The notes below the pieces were generated by a model. That model saw only the letters and a list, made by a program, of their open reading frames with translations, was not told the DNA's origin and ran no database searches. Source: a virus. Taken from it: DNA of 64,000 nt. The DNA is taken from the IMG/VR virus record IMGVR_UViG_3300031463_000001, positions 60,899 through 124,898 of that record; one strand, 5' to 3'. The translations under genes were made by a program, and so were the position numbers. Below, in pieces: positions 1 through 9,642 of this stretch (position 1 is its first letter; the number at the start of each line of letters is the position of its first letter).

Positions 1-442
1 AATGGATTATTCTAGCTAATCTTAAAGCAAATTTATTTTTATCTCCAACTGCTTGTTTAAAAAGTTCTCTAATATTTTTGGGAGGGTTTACCAAAAAGTC
101 TACATAGTGTTCTTTTAACTCTTTAAGTTCGGCTGTATCCTCTACCTTAGATATGACTTTAATTCCCAAAGAGTTTACTTTTTCATTTAATTTTTTTGTA
201 AAATGAGCTAATCTACTAATTTTTTCTTTATTGTAATTAGCTTTTTTTAGTATATCTACTATATTATCTCTACCAAATATTAATGCTTCTTGTAATCCTA
301 ATGTTGTATCTTCCATTTTAGGTAAAAGAGCTTTCACAATCCTTTCTTTTCCTAAACTACATGCAGCTACAAACAATGCATCTTTGTTTACTCTCTTAAC
401 TAATTCTGGATTATCTTTTTTTAATTCTGAGTATATGTTCAT
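1..442 (-). CDS. Ankyrin-like helical protein, partial (runs off the left edge)
   Basis: Not in the ORF track. ATG at 442 with AAGGAGG RBS, open to position 1. Translation MNIYSELKKD...ALFVAACSLGKERIVKALL...GLQEALIFGRDNIVDIL shows two ankyrin-like segments. Confidence 0.6.
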   Translation of the reverse strand, partial: MNIYSELKKDNPELVKRVNKDALFVAACSLGKERIVKALLPKMEDTTLGLQEALIFGRDNIVDILKKANYNKEKISRLAHFTKKLNEKVNSLGIKVISKVEDTAELKELKEHYVDFLVNPPKNIRELFKQAVGDKNKFALRLARIIH

Positions 443-523
443 TTATTTCCTCCTTAAGTTTTTGATTTAAAGTACCTTATAAACAATCCATCTATTTTAA
501 AAATCAAAAACGACAAACAAAAA

Positions 524-769
524 TTACTTCTTTAAGTTTTCTAGTTCCTTAACATATAAATGACCAAATAAAGGTTCTTGTAAAAGAAAAGATTCTATTT
601 TAGGAGGTAATCTTTTTCGGAACGTTACAAAATGCCTATAAAGAAGTCGAGGTTCTTTTATGTTGGGTAATAATGCTGAAGCAATTTTTTTATTTTTTTC
701 AATTAAAGCTTTCTCGAATACTTTAATTATGTTGTTATTATCTTTTAAGAGATCTGAAATACGCATCAC
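524..769 (-). CDS. Short, degenerate member of the repeat-protein family
   Basis: N-cap RISDLLKD...ALIEKNKKIASALLP..KEP. Confidence 0.7.
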   Translation of the reverse strand: MMRISDLLKDNNNIIKVFEKALIEKNKKIASALLPNIKEPRLLYRHFVTFRKRLPPKIESFLLQEPLFGHLYVKELENLKK

Positions 770-790
770 AAAAAAATCAAAAAAGACAAA

Positions 791-1018
791 TCAAATGAAA
801 TCGTAAGGAGGTAAAAAACCTAATTCTTTAACTAGTTTTTCCTGAAGAGGTCGACTAATTTTATTTGTTTTAAAAAAGTATTTTAACCATGCTATTTCCC
901 AATAATTAGGATTATTATATTCTAGATTTCCATGCTTTCTTAAAGTTTGATTTTTTAAAAACCACTTTAAATCTTTCTTGATTTTATCAAAATAATTTAA
1001 ATTATTGTTCATCGACAA
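791..1018 (-). CDS. Hypothetical protein
   Basis: ORF overlapping the upstream gene on the same strand. Confidence 0.5.
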   Translation of the reverse strand: MSMNNNLNYFDKIKKDLKWFLKNQTLRKHGNLEYNNPNYWEIAWLKYFFKTNKISRPLQEKLVKELGFLPPYDFI

Positions 1019-1457
1019 ATAGTGTGGGGTAATCTTTTTTGAATTCGTTAAATTTATTTATTTGTTTTAGAAAAGATAAGTATTCTTTAAGATGAGTACT
1101 TTTAATTATTAAATTTTCAGCTAAAGGAAATCTGTCTTTTAAAATAGTTTTAGCATAATCAAGTGACATTTGAGAATTTGAAGTAGCTATTATGTTTTCT
1201 AATTCAATCCATCTTTCCTTTTTTACTTTAATTAAATAATCAAAAGCTAATATGCTAAACTTTACCAAAATTTGTTCTTTTTCTGGTGGTAACTTTATTT
1301 TTTTATAAATAGCTACCCTATAAATGATTTCAGGATCTTCAATATTTTTTATCAATTTTAAAAGAGTTTTTTTTGATAATCTCATAATTAAATCATAATT
1401 ATTTCGAAGTTCTTGTTCTATTAGTTGAGGATTCTTTAATAAGTTAGATAGATTCAT
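1002..1457 (-). CDS. Repeat-protein family member
   Basis: MNLSNLLKNP N-cap, YAKTILKDRFPLAE repeat, C-cap YLSFLKQINKFNEFKKDYP. Confidence 0.85.
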   Translation of the reverse strand: MNLSNLLKNPQLIEQELRNNYDLIMRLSKKTLLKLIKNIEDPEIIYRVAIYKKIKLPPEKEQILVKFSILAFDYLIKVKKERWIELENIIATSNSQMSLDYAKTILKDRFPLAENLIIKSTHLKEYLSFLKQINKFNEFKKDYPTLFVDEQ

Positions 1458-1495
1458 ATAATTTATTACAACAATATTTAAAATTATTTACCCGA

Positions 1496-1699
1496 TTAAT
1501 CTTTAGAGTACAAAAGATTTTTCAAATCCTCAAAAAACTTATTTTCTAGATTAGGAAATCGTTTCTTTATTTCGTTTATATTTGAATTAATTAAAACATT
1601 TCTGATTTGGCGAGCTAGTAAAAAAGATCCATAAACATCCATTTCATTATATCTTAAAAGAATATTTGCGATATCTAAAAGAGAAATTTCATTTTTCAT
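1496..1699 (-). CDS. Hypothetical protein
   Basis: ORF with GAGGAG RBS at the end of the upstream gene. Confidence 0.55.
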   Translation of the reverse strand: MKNEISLLDIANILLRYNEMDVYGSFLLARQIRNVLINSNINEIKKRFPNLENKFFEDLKNLLYSKD

Positions 1700-1702
1700 T
1701 AA

Positions 1703-2251
1703 TTACTCCTCTTTTAATGTTTCTAACAACAAATCGTATACATCCAAATCAATATCTTTCCATCTAGAATTCCAAGGTTGAGGAAACAAGATTCCCTTTC
1801 CTTTTTTTATTTTATTTATTTCCTCATCACTATCATCAATCAGTATTATATCTTCGTTATCTATTATATCTTTATGAGATGTAGTTAAAATAATATTTTT
1901 AGAAAAACCTGGAAAGTTTTTAGCAATTCCTTTATATTTTCCACTAAATGAATATGGCATACCTACAATAGGTTTACTAAGAAAGAATACTGAATCCTTA
2001 CCTATTTTTTTTACTACCATATTAAAGAGTTCTTTTCCTTTTGGATTTGTTTTAAGATTTTCCCAAAAGGATTCTTCTCTTAATAAGGAGAAAATTTTGG
2101 ATTGGGGAATTTTATATTTGGATTCAAAATAAGGAAAAATGTCATATGTTCCTTTTGGAAATGGATAGGGGTCAATTTCAAGATGAAATTTTTCAAACAA
2201 ACTTTCTACGAAATTAAATAAAACTCCATCTAAGTCAAAAAATACTTTCAT
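1703..2251 (-). CDS. HAD-family 5'(3')-deoxyribonucleotidase
   Basis: DLDGVL motif I, ILIDD motif, C-terminal PWN. Confidence 0.85.
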   Translation of the reverse strand: MKVFFDLDGVLFNFVESLFEKFHLEIDPYPFPKGTYDIFPYFESKYKIPQSKIFSLLREESFWENLKTNPKGKELFNMVVKKIGKDSVFFLSKPIVGMPYSFSGKYKGIAKNFPGFSKNIILTTSHKDIIDNEDIILIDDSDEEINKIKKGKGILFPQPWNSRWKDIDLDVYDLLLETLKEE

Positions 2252-3415
2252 CATCTACCTCTTGACTAAGTCGATAGGCTTGCCTGTTTGTTTAAGGAGC
2301 TCAGACTGGTTAGAATGATTCGGTAACCCATCTTGAGATGAAAATCCCAAAATGTTTCTAGCTCCATTTAAATCTGCATTTAATTTTCTCCCACAAGATT
2401 TACATATTAGTAAGTTTTGTTTTGGTCTATAAGTATCTAGAGAGCCACATAAACCACAAGTCTTACTAGTGTTTTTTGGATTGATGTACTTAACTTGTAT
2501 CCCATTTAGTTTGCATTTATATTCTAGAAAAGTTTGAAACATCTTAAAAGGAAATACGTTATTGATTAAATAATTTCCATTTTTTCCTTTAGATGTACCT
2601 TCTTTTCTAGAACTTGACTTTCGAATATTAGTTAAATTCTCTAGTATAATTTGAGAACCTCCCATTTCTATTAGATACTTAACTAATTCGGAAGTCATTT
2701 TGTGGAAGAAATTTTTAGAATATTTTTCAATTTTATCCTTTTGTTTATGTTTTCTGTACTCCATTTTCTTATGAACATATTGCTTTAAATTAAAACGTTT
2801 ACCATTAGAAAGAGTTATATTTTTTATATTTATGTCTATTCCTAACCTTTGATTTCCTTTAACATTGTTATTCTCTTCTACTTCACAAATAAAATATATT
2901 CTCCAATCTTTATTTATTTTCTTTATTTGTATTTCTTTTATTGAAATTACTTCTTTTAATTTGTTAATAGTTCTTAATCCTTCTAGAGGATAATTTCGTT
3001 TACAAAATCGTATCCAAGCATTATAGTATCCCTCTTTAAATTCTATGTTAAAATTTTGGTAATCAAAAATTAAAGGAATGTTTAACTTTTTGACTTTGTA
3101 GAGTTTTCGTGCTTTAACAGAAGATAATACTTTATCTCTAATATGTTGTATTAATTTAGAATACAGAAAAGGATATTTAGATTTTATTTTTTTATAGGTA
3201 GCTTTATGTATTTCTGACTTTCTATACTCTTTATTTGCCTTTATATACCAAAGGATATATCTAGACACTATTTGTGTATACTTATATTGTTGTTCGAGAA
3301 ACTCTAGTTTCTCTTTGTTTCCTTTTAGGTTACAATAATATGTTAACCTTACCATATATCTTTTCACTATATTATACTCGTATTGATATTATATATAATC
3401 AAACTTTACAAGTTT
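2250..3415 (-). mobile_element. IS200/IS605-family non-autonomous (tnpB-only) element
   Basis: Single tnpB ORF. The 3' end AAGCCTATCGACTTAGTCAAGAGGTAGATGAT resembles IS605 right-end hairpins. Removing 2250-3415 restores an ATGA stop/start overlap between the flanking genes (2-nt ambiguity). Confidence 0.7.
2255..3367 (-). CDS. tnpB: TnpB RNA-guided endonuclease
   Basis: RuvC-I LGIDIN, RuvC-II ILENL, zinc finger CGLC...CKSC, RuvC-III NADLNGARNI; 370 aa. Confidence 0.9.
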   Translation of the reverse strand: MKRYMVRLTYYCNLKGNKEKLEFLEQQYKYTQIVSRYILWYIKANKEYRKSEIHKATYKKIKSKYPFLYSKLIQHIRDKVLSSVKARKLYKVKKLNIPLIFDYQNFNIEFKEGYYNAWIRFCKRNYPLEGLRTINKLKEVISIKEIQIKKINKDWRIYFICEVEENNNVKGNQRLGIDINIKNITLSNGKRFNLKQYVHKKMEYRKHKQKDKIEKYSKNFFHKMTSELVKYLIEMGGSQIILENLTNIRKSSSRKEGTSKGKNGNYLINNVFPFKMFQTFLEYKCKLNGIQVKYINPKNTSKTCGLCGSLDTYRPKQNLLICKSCGRKLNADLNGARNILGFSSQDGLPNHSNQSELLKQTGKPIDLVKR

Positions 3416-3680
3416 ATTTAGTTTTTGTTCTTTTATCTTTTTGTAAACCCCAATATAACAAAACCGAATAAACTATTAAATCAAGCATATTATCTTCTAC
3501 AGATTCAAATTTAGGATTTTTATTATTCCAAAATAAATTTTTAAGTCTTTCTACTTTGTTATACACATAAACAAATACTCCCTTAGAACCTAACATGTAC
3601 CAAGAATCACCATAATCTTTTCCTTTTTCTTTATACAATTTATAAACCTTATCTAGTATTTCTTTAAATTCATCTTTCAT
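3414..3680 (-). CDS. Nucleotide-modification-associated domain (Nmad1/DUF1599-like) protein
   Basis: KxKDYGDSW...KxERL...ESVEDxxxDLxxY pattern. Confidence 0.75.
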   Translation of the reverse strand: MKDEFKEILDKVYKLYKEKGKDYGDSWYMLGSKGVFVYVYNKVERLKNLFWNNKNPKFESVEDNMLDLIVYSVLLYWGLQKDKRTKTK

Positions 3681-3888
3681 TAGTTTTCTCCTCTTCTAAT
3701 TCTTGCATTATTTGAGTTATTTCGTCATTATTTAATCTATACAAATCAAACGTGCTTCCGATTTTTATAACAAGAAGTAATTTAAGTTTAAGGTCTTGAG
3801 TAGTTTTAAGTTGATTAAAATCAGATTTAATCATTCTCTTAACTCCTTCTAGATATACCTTATTCGCATATTCTATTGCTTCAATCAT
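3670..3888 (-). CDS. Hypothetical protein
   Basis: ORF overlapping the next gene in the operon. Confidence 0.55.
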   Translation of the reverse strand: MIEAIEYANKVYLEGVKRMIKSDFNQLKTTQDLKLKLLLVIKIGSTFDLYRLNNDEITQIMQELEEEKTNER

Positions 3889-4095
3889 ATTTTATATACA
3901 AACCTTCCTTTTTTTAATCACCACAGGTAAACTTTTTTCTTTTTTAAGTAAAAAGAATTAATTTTTATTACATCTATTTTTTTACCATCCAAGTAAAGTT
4001 TAACAGTAGGAAATAAATTATCATTCCACAATATTTTTCCAATATAACTTTTTCCTTTCCATACAATATCAATTTTTCTTTTTTTCATAAACTCC

Positions 4096-4371
4096 TCATT
4101 CTTTTTTAGAATTCATATCACTCCAACATTTAGCACATAAATGCATATCATGATCTTTATCATAAAAATAAGTTTTTTTACCACAAAAAGTACAATAGGT
4201 TTCTTTATTTGTATCAATTAAAGTATCCACTTCAAATTTCTCAAAATTTTCATCATATGTAGTAACATCAATTTTTATACCTAAATAAGCTAGATCAATA
4301 TTATATTTTTCGGCAAACTTTTCAATAGTTTTCTCAAACTCTTTTTTAAGATTATTTAATTCATCATGCAT
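4096..4371 (-). CDS. Hypothetical protein with C-terminal zinc finger
   Basis: CTFC...CAKC; AGGAGG RBS. Confidence 0.65.
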   Translation of the reverse strand: MHDELNNLKKEFEKTIEKFAEKYNIDLAYLGIKIDVTTYDENFEKFEVDTLIDTNKETYCTFCGKKTYFYDKDHDMHLCAKCWSDMNSKKE

Positions 4372-5791
4372 ATGGATACACCTCCTTATTTAAATCCAAA
4401 GTAACTTTGATAGGTTTATTTTTTATTTCTTTTTTTACTTTAAAAGTTCCTGGATCTTTTTCACCTAACATTTTAAAAGCAGCTAATCTAAATTGACAAC
4501 ATCCACATTCACCACAACTTATTATTTTGTTATTTTCAATTTTTGGATAATAGCATGAGGTAACATATTCATATGGTACACCTAGTTTTAATCCTAAACT
4601 TACTATTTCGTGTTTTATGAGATGAATAAGAGGAGCTTTAAATCTAACATTAGTATACCAATTTAAAGAATATTTCAAAGTTTTATCAAGTGAATCAATA
4701 AAAGTAATATTGTTATCTGGATATGCTATTCCATCCATTTGTTGAGCTCCCAATGCTACAGTATCAATTTTATTCATTTCAGCCAATGCAGCTGCAATAG
4801 AAGCAAAAATCATATTTCGGTTTGGAACATATGATAAAGTAGATTCAGCATCTTTTATTTTTAATTTAGGATTAGCTTTCTTTTGGCTTAATAAAAGTGA
4901 TGCATTTTTGAAAGGTTTAAATAAAGGTCGAGCATCATAAATCATTAAAGGAGCCTTTAAATGCTGAGCAATTTTTTTAACTGAAAATGTTTCTGCTTTT
5001 TCTGCTGCTTGTCCATAATTAAAATGCAAAAGATTCACTTGGTATCCTATATAATTATAGAGATAAGCAGTAGTAGTACTATCTATTCCTCCACTACAAA
5101 TTACTAAAACTTTTTTATTTGGTTCTCTTCTAAATAATGAGAAACTATCTATTTTTTCATTTTGATATCTAAATAAAGTGTATGGAGGTACTTCTTTTAT
5201 ATCGTTGTTATATTTTGAAAACATTTCTTTTAAAGAAGCTATAATTATTCCATTTCTAGAAGTAATTACATAATGGAGAGGCATAAAATTACTTCCCCAC
5301 CACAAACTTTTATCTTTTAAATTGTAAGCTATTATTGCATAACTTCCTTCAATTTCTTTTAATCCCTCAATTATTCCTTTAATAGAAAATAAAGAAGGTA
5401 AGATAGAGGAATCAACTTTAGATTCAGTTTTAATTTTATATTTTTTTCTTAATTCTAAATCATTACTAATTCCACCGTTATGAACTACTATCCACTCATC
5501 ATTTTGAAATGGTTGAAGATTAATAATGGAATCTCCTGCTCCTTGCATATATTCAATTTCAGGCATTGCTCTACTATTACCTAGAATGACTTTATTATGA
5601 AAAGATATTTCAGATAATCTTTCTTTTATAGGATTTATTTCTTTATCTTGAATTTTTGTGAAATAACTATTATCCAAAGACTTTATTAGAATACCAAATC
5701 CATCTCTTCCTCTTATCCTTAAATTATCTATCATTTGAATTATAGTTTCTTCTTTCTCGTCTACTCTATAAAATCCTACTATCCCACACAT
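4364..5791 (-). CDS. queC: Gat-QueC: class II glutamine amidotransferase fused to 7-cyano-7-deazaguanine synthase
   Basis: N-terminal MCGIVG, RGRDG and VHNG (Ntn GATase); C-terminal SGGIDS PP-loop, YGQ, YVPNRN, YPD, SCY...CGECGCC. Confidence 0.92.
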   Translation of the reverse strand: MCGIVGFYRVDEKEETIIQMIDNLRIRGRDGFGILIKSLDNSYFTKIQDKEINPIKERLSEISFHNKVILGNSRAMPEIEYMQGAGDSIINLQPFQNDEWIVVHNGGISNDLELRKKYKIKTESKVDSSILPSLFSIKGIIEGLKEIEGSYAIIAYNLKDKSLWWGSNFMPLHYVITSRNGIIIASLKEMFSKYNNDIKEVPPYTLFRYQNEKIDSFSLFRREPNKKVLVICSGGIDSTTTAYLYNYIGYQVNLLHFNYGQAAEKAETFSVKKIAQHLKAPLMIYDARPLFKPFKNASLLLSQKKANPKLKIKDAESTLSYVPNRNMIFASIAAALAEMNKIDTVALGAQQMDGIAYPDNNITFIDSLDKTLKYSLNWYTNVRFKAPLIHLIKHEIVSLGLKLGVPYEYVTSCYYPKIENNKIISCGECGCCQFRLAAFKMLGEKDPGTFKVKKEIKNKPIKVTLDLNKEVYPYA

Positions 5792-5848
5792 GAGAATTTC
5801 TCCTTAGTTATTATTACTTCTTTTTTCTTTTTTATTTACCCACTATAA

Positions 5849-7021
5849 TTAAAACAATGACTCAGGTAAATCAATATCTGCTTCTTCAATTTCTCCAGAT
5901 TGAGGTTTTATTCTTTTTTCTTTTTTAGATTTTTCTGTTTCTTCTTCCATCATTAAATTTTCATATTGATTTATTGATTTTAGAAACTCTAAATATTCTT
6001 TCCAACTTTCAATATCTCCTTTTATATAAGGTTCCCAAGAACGTTTTCTATCTTTAAGAACATTTTTAATATATTGGACAGCCCAATAAGGATTTTTCTT
6101 TATAATGTCTTCTCCTTTAGGAAATGGTCCTTTTAATATTTCTGTTGCATATCTATAAGAAAGTTCAGGATTTTGAGCAATTATATCTTCTCCCTCAGGA
6201 AAAGGTTCTTTGAAAAGTTCTGCATATCTAAATGCATTCTCTGGAGTAGAAGTAAATATATGTTTATATTGAAAGGGAGCAAAAGTTATTTCTTCTATAT
6301 ACCTAAAAGCAAGTTCAATATCTTGGGCAATAATTATTTCACCTTCAGGAAATGGGCCCTTTAAAATATCTTTAGCATAATTAAAAACATTTATTGGTGA
6401 GGTTGAATAAGGAGCAAGTAAATTAGCTTTTTCTATATCTTTATTTTCTAGAGCTTCTTGAAATTCTTTTTCAAGTTGGGATGAATTTGTTAATAAAGTT
6501 TTTAATGTAGGATCATTTAATTCAGGATGATCTTTATAAAACTCATTAAGTTTTCCCATTTTTTTAAGATTTTCTATATAGTCATATAAAACTTCTTTAT
6601 TCTTAATAATAGCTTTTTCACCCTCTTTAAATCTAAACCAAAATATTGTCGCATAATAATATGAATAAACTCCGCTAGAAGCAATAGCTGGTTCGCCTGG
6701 AGGCCATTTACGGTGTATGACATCTTTAGCATAAAGATAGCTATATTTACTACTTTTCATTATTTCTTTTTCACCTAATGGAAATCTTTCTCTTAATACT
6801 TTACGTGCATATTCATAACTTGTATCTGGACGAGAGGCTACAATTAATTCCTTTTTATAAGGAAGAGATTTTTGATTTTTTATGGCATAATTTAAAAGAT
6901 TATAAGGATCTTTAGAATACATATAAAGTTTATCCATCATTAACTCATCATTAGTTTCTATAGTTTTTTTAAAAACGTCCTCTAATTTATTTGGATCTTT
7001 TAACAAATCTTCTATATTCAT
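5849..7021 (-). CDS. Repeat-protein family member: two fused units plus an acidic tail
   Basis: N-cap, repeats and C-cap (NEFYKDHP), followed in frame by a second N-cap (ALENKDIEKANLLAP) and more repeats. Confidence 0.9.
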   Translation of the reverse strand: MNIEDLLKDPNKLEDVFKKTIETNDELMMDKLYMYSKDPYNLLNYAIKNQKSLPYKKELIVASRPDTSYEYARKVLRERFPLGEKEIMKSSKYSYLYAKDVIHRKWPPGEPAIASSGVYSYYYATIFWFRFKEGEKAIIKNKEVLYDYIENLKKMGKLNEFYKDHPELNDPTLKTLLTNSSQLEKEFQEALENKDIEKANLLAPYSTSPINVFNYAKDILKGPFPEGEIIIAQDIELAFRYIEEITFAPFQYKHIFTSTPENAFRYAELFKEPFPEGEDIIAQNPELSYRYATEILKGPFPKGEDIIKKNPYWAVQYIKNVLKDRKRSWEPYIKGDIESWKEYLEFLKSINQYENLMMEEETEKSKKEKRIKPQSGEIEEADIDLPESLF

Positions 7022-7689
7022 ATTTTAACCTCTGGATGATCTTTTAAGAATTCATCTAATTTGTTTATGCTTTTAAGAAACTCAACATAAGGTTCTAACC
7101 AATCTGAATTTATTATAGCATCCTCTCCTTTAATAAATCTATCTTTTAACACATCTTTAGCATAAAGATAAGAAGATTCTGGATCTTTAGCAATAGCATC
7201 TTCTCCTTTTGGAAAAGGACCTTTTAACACATTTTTAGCATAAAGATAAGAAGTATAATAATATTGAGCAATAGCATCCTCTCCTTTTGGAAAGGGACCA
7301 TGTAAGACATTATAAGCATAAAGATAAGAAGCAGAATCACCTTGGGCAATAGCATCCTCACCTTTAGGCCACGGTTTATGTAAAACACTTCTAGCATACA
7401 TAGCTGCATGGTCAGGATTTTGAGAAATGACATCTTCTCCTTTAGGAAAAGGTTTATGCAAAATTTCCATAGCATAATAGATAGCACTTTGTGAATTTCT
7501 AGCAATTATATCTTCCCATTCATCTTTAATTTTTCCTTTAACTATTTCATGTGCATACCTATAAGTCAACCATGGATCTTTGACTATTGGAACTAACATT
7601 TCTGCTAATTTTTTATTTTTATCTTCAAGGGCATCTTCTAATAATTCTTTAACTTTATTAGGATCTTTTAATAAATCTGAAATGTTCAT
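7018..7689 (-). CDS. Repeat-protein family member (about 6 repeats)
   Basis: MNISDLLKDP; repeated YAxxVLxGPFPKGEDAIA; LDEFLKDHPEVKI. Confidence 0.92.
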   Translation of the reverse strand: MNISDLLKDPNKVKELLEDALEDKNKKLAEMLVPIVKDPWLTYRYAHEIVKGKIKDEWEDIIARNSQSAIYYAMEILHKPFPKGEDVISQNPDHAAMYARSVLHKPWPKGEDAIAQGDSASYLYAYNVLHGPFPKGEDAIAQYYYTSYLYAKNVLKGPFPKGEDAIAKDPESSYLYAKDVLKDRFIKGEDAIINSDWLEPYVEFLKSINKLDEFLKDHPEVKI

Positions 7690-7742
7690 TCTTCCTTTTT
7701 ATAAAATCAAAAACTACATTTATGAATTATGTTTTTCTTTAA

Positions 7743-8186
7743 CTATACTTTATCTTTTACCTCTGGATGATCTTTTAAGAACTCATCTAGTTTACCTATC
7801 TCTTTTAAGAAATTAACATAATTATCTAACCAAATTGACTTTATTATTGTTTTTTCTCCTTTAATGAATCTATCTCTCAAAATATTCTCTGCATAATAAA
7901 ATCCCACTATAGCATCTTTGGACATAATATCCTCACCTTTAGGAAAGGGATCTCTTATAACATCTCTGACATACCAATAAGTCACATCTGCATCTTGGAT
8001 AATGATATCTTCCCACTCATCTTTAATTTTACTTTTAACTATATCTCTAGCATATTTATAAGTTAACCTTGGATCTTTAACTATAGGAATTAAAGTTTCT
8101 GCTACTTCTTTATTTTCCTTGTCAATAGCTTTTTCCAAAACTTTTATTACTTTATCTTTATTTTTTAACAGATCAGATATATTCAT
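7743..8186 (-). CDS. Repeat-protein family member
   Basis: Same N-cap, repeats and C-cap. Confidence 0.92.
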   Translation of the reverse strand: MNISDLLKNKDKVIKVLEKAIDKENKEVAETLIPIVKDPRLTYKYARDIVKSKIKDEWEDIIIQDADVTYWYVRDVIRDPFPKGEDIMSKDAIVGFYYAENILRDRFIKGEKTIIKSIWLDNYVNFLKEIGKLDEFLKDHPEVKDKV

Positions 8187-8774
8187 ATTTTAACCTTTGG
8201 ATAATCTTTATAGAACTCATTTAGTTTACCTCGTGATTTAAGAAAGCTGATATACTCTTTACGATAATTTCTAATAATAGCCCCTTCACCTTTAATGAAT
8301 CTATCTTTTAATACATTTGTAGCATAATAATAAGAATAATAAGCATTTAAAGCAATAGTATTTTCTCCTTTAATGAATCTATCTTTTAGCACATCTTGAG
8401 CATAATGATATGAACAAAAAACATCCCTAGCAATAGCATTCTCCCCTTTAGGGAATGGTTTCTGTAAAACCTTTTTTGCATATACATAAGAATATTCATA
8501 ATCTTGAGCAATAGCCTCCTCTCCTTTAAGGAATGGTCCATGTAAAACATAGTTAGCATAATAGTATGAATTTTGTGAATCCTGAGCAATAATATCTTCC
8601 CACTCATCTTTAATTTTACCTTTAACTATATCACTTAGCATATAAATAAGTTAACCTTGGATCTTTGGCTAGTGGAATTAAAGTTTCTGCTAATTCTTTA
8701 TTTTTCTTATCAATAGCCATTCTTAATACTTTATTAACTTTATCAGAATCTTTTAACAAATCCACTATATTCAT
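8183..8774 (-). pseudogene. Repeat-protein family member with a +1 frameshift near 8633
   Basis: ATG at 8774 gives MNIVDLLKDS...LTYLYAK then TGA; removing one base from GCTAAGTGATATA restores YAKDIVKGKIKDEW. Confidence 0.8.
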
Positions 8775-8805
8775 AATTTAACCTCTGGATGATCTTTTAA
8801 GAACT
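8748..8805. repeat. 58-bp gene-junction repeat, first of four near-identical copies (others around 9286, 9639 and 10151; weaker copies at other junctions)
   Basis: ATCTTTTAACAAATCCACTATATTCATAATTTAACCTCTGGATGATCTTTTAAGAACT; the 35-nt part starting TCATAATTTAACC is identical at 8771, 9286, 9639 and 10151. Confidence 0.9.
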
Positions 8806-9289
8806 CATTTAATTTATTTATCTCTTTTAAGAAATTAACATAATCAGTCAAATAAAGAAGATCACTAATTATAATCTTCTCACCTTTAATGAATCTATCC
8901 TTTAAAATTTTTCTAGCATACAAATATGACTCAGTAGCAAAATGGGAGATAACCTCTTCCCCTTTAGGAAAGGGACCTTTTAAAATATTCTCAGCATAAT
9001 TAAGAGCATTTATATGATCGCTAGCAATAGCCTCTTCTCCTTTAGGCCACGGACCTTTTATAATTTTAGCAACATACATATGAGTGACATGAGTGTTTTG
9101 AATAATGATATCTTCCCACTCTTCCTTTACTCTACCTTTAACTATTCTTTCTGCATAACGTTCTACCAACCATGGATTTTTGACTATTGGGATTAAAGCT
9201 TCGGCTAATTCTTTATTTTTCTTATTAATAGCGTCTTCCAAAATTTCTCTTGTTTTATTTGGATCTTTTAACAAATCCACTATATTCAT
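8771..9289 (-). CDS. Repeat-protein family member
   Basis: N-cap, repeats and C-cap; ATGA overlaps at both ends. Confidence 0.92.
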   Translation of the reverse strand: MNIVDLLKDPNKTREILEDAINKKNKELAEALIPIVKNPWLVERYAERIVKGRVKEEWEDIIIQNTHVTHMYVAKIIKGPWPKGEEAIASDHINALNYAENILKGPFPKGEEVISHFATESYLYARKILKDRFIKGEKIIISDLLYLTDYVNFLKEINKLNEFLKDHPEVKL

Positions 9290-9642
9290 AATTTAACCTC
9301 TGGATGATCTTTTAAGAACTCATCTAATTTATTTATTTCTTTAAGAAAATCCACATACTCATTTAACCACATTGACTTTATTATTACACCTTCTCCTTTA
9401 ATAAAAGGTTTATGTAAAATGTCTATAGCATAGGAACAAGAACTTTGCGGATCTTGAGCAATAATATTTTCCCACTCATCTTTAACTGGTTTTTTTATTA
9501 GGTAAGCATAACCATAAGTAAGCCAAGGATCTTTGGCCACTGGAACCAACAATTCGGCTAATTCTTTATTTTTATCTGCAAGGGCATCTTCTAATATTTC
9601 TCTAGCTTTATCAGAATCTTTTAACAAATCCTCTATATTCAT
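9286..9642 (-). CDS. Repeat-protein family member (short)
   Basis: N-cap, two repeats, C-cap. Confidence 0.92.
   Translation of the reverse strand: MNIEDLLKDSDKAREILEDALADKNKELAELLVPVAKDPWLTYGYAYLIKKPVKDEWENIIAQDPQSSCSYAIDILHKPFIKGEGVIIKSMWLNEYVDFLKEINKLDEFLKDHPEVKL

Noticed and set aside
2255-3367. Cas12f-type CRISPR effector
   Set aside because: No repeat-spacer array nearby; the IS605-like right end and a reconstructable empty site favour TnpB.
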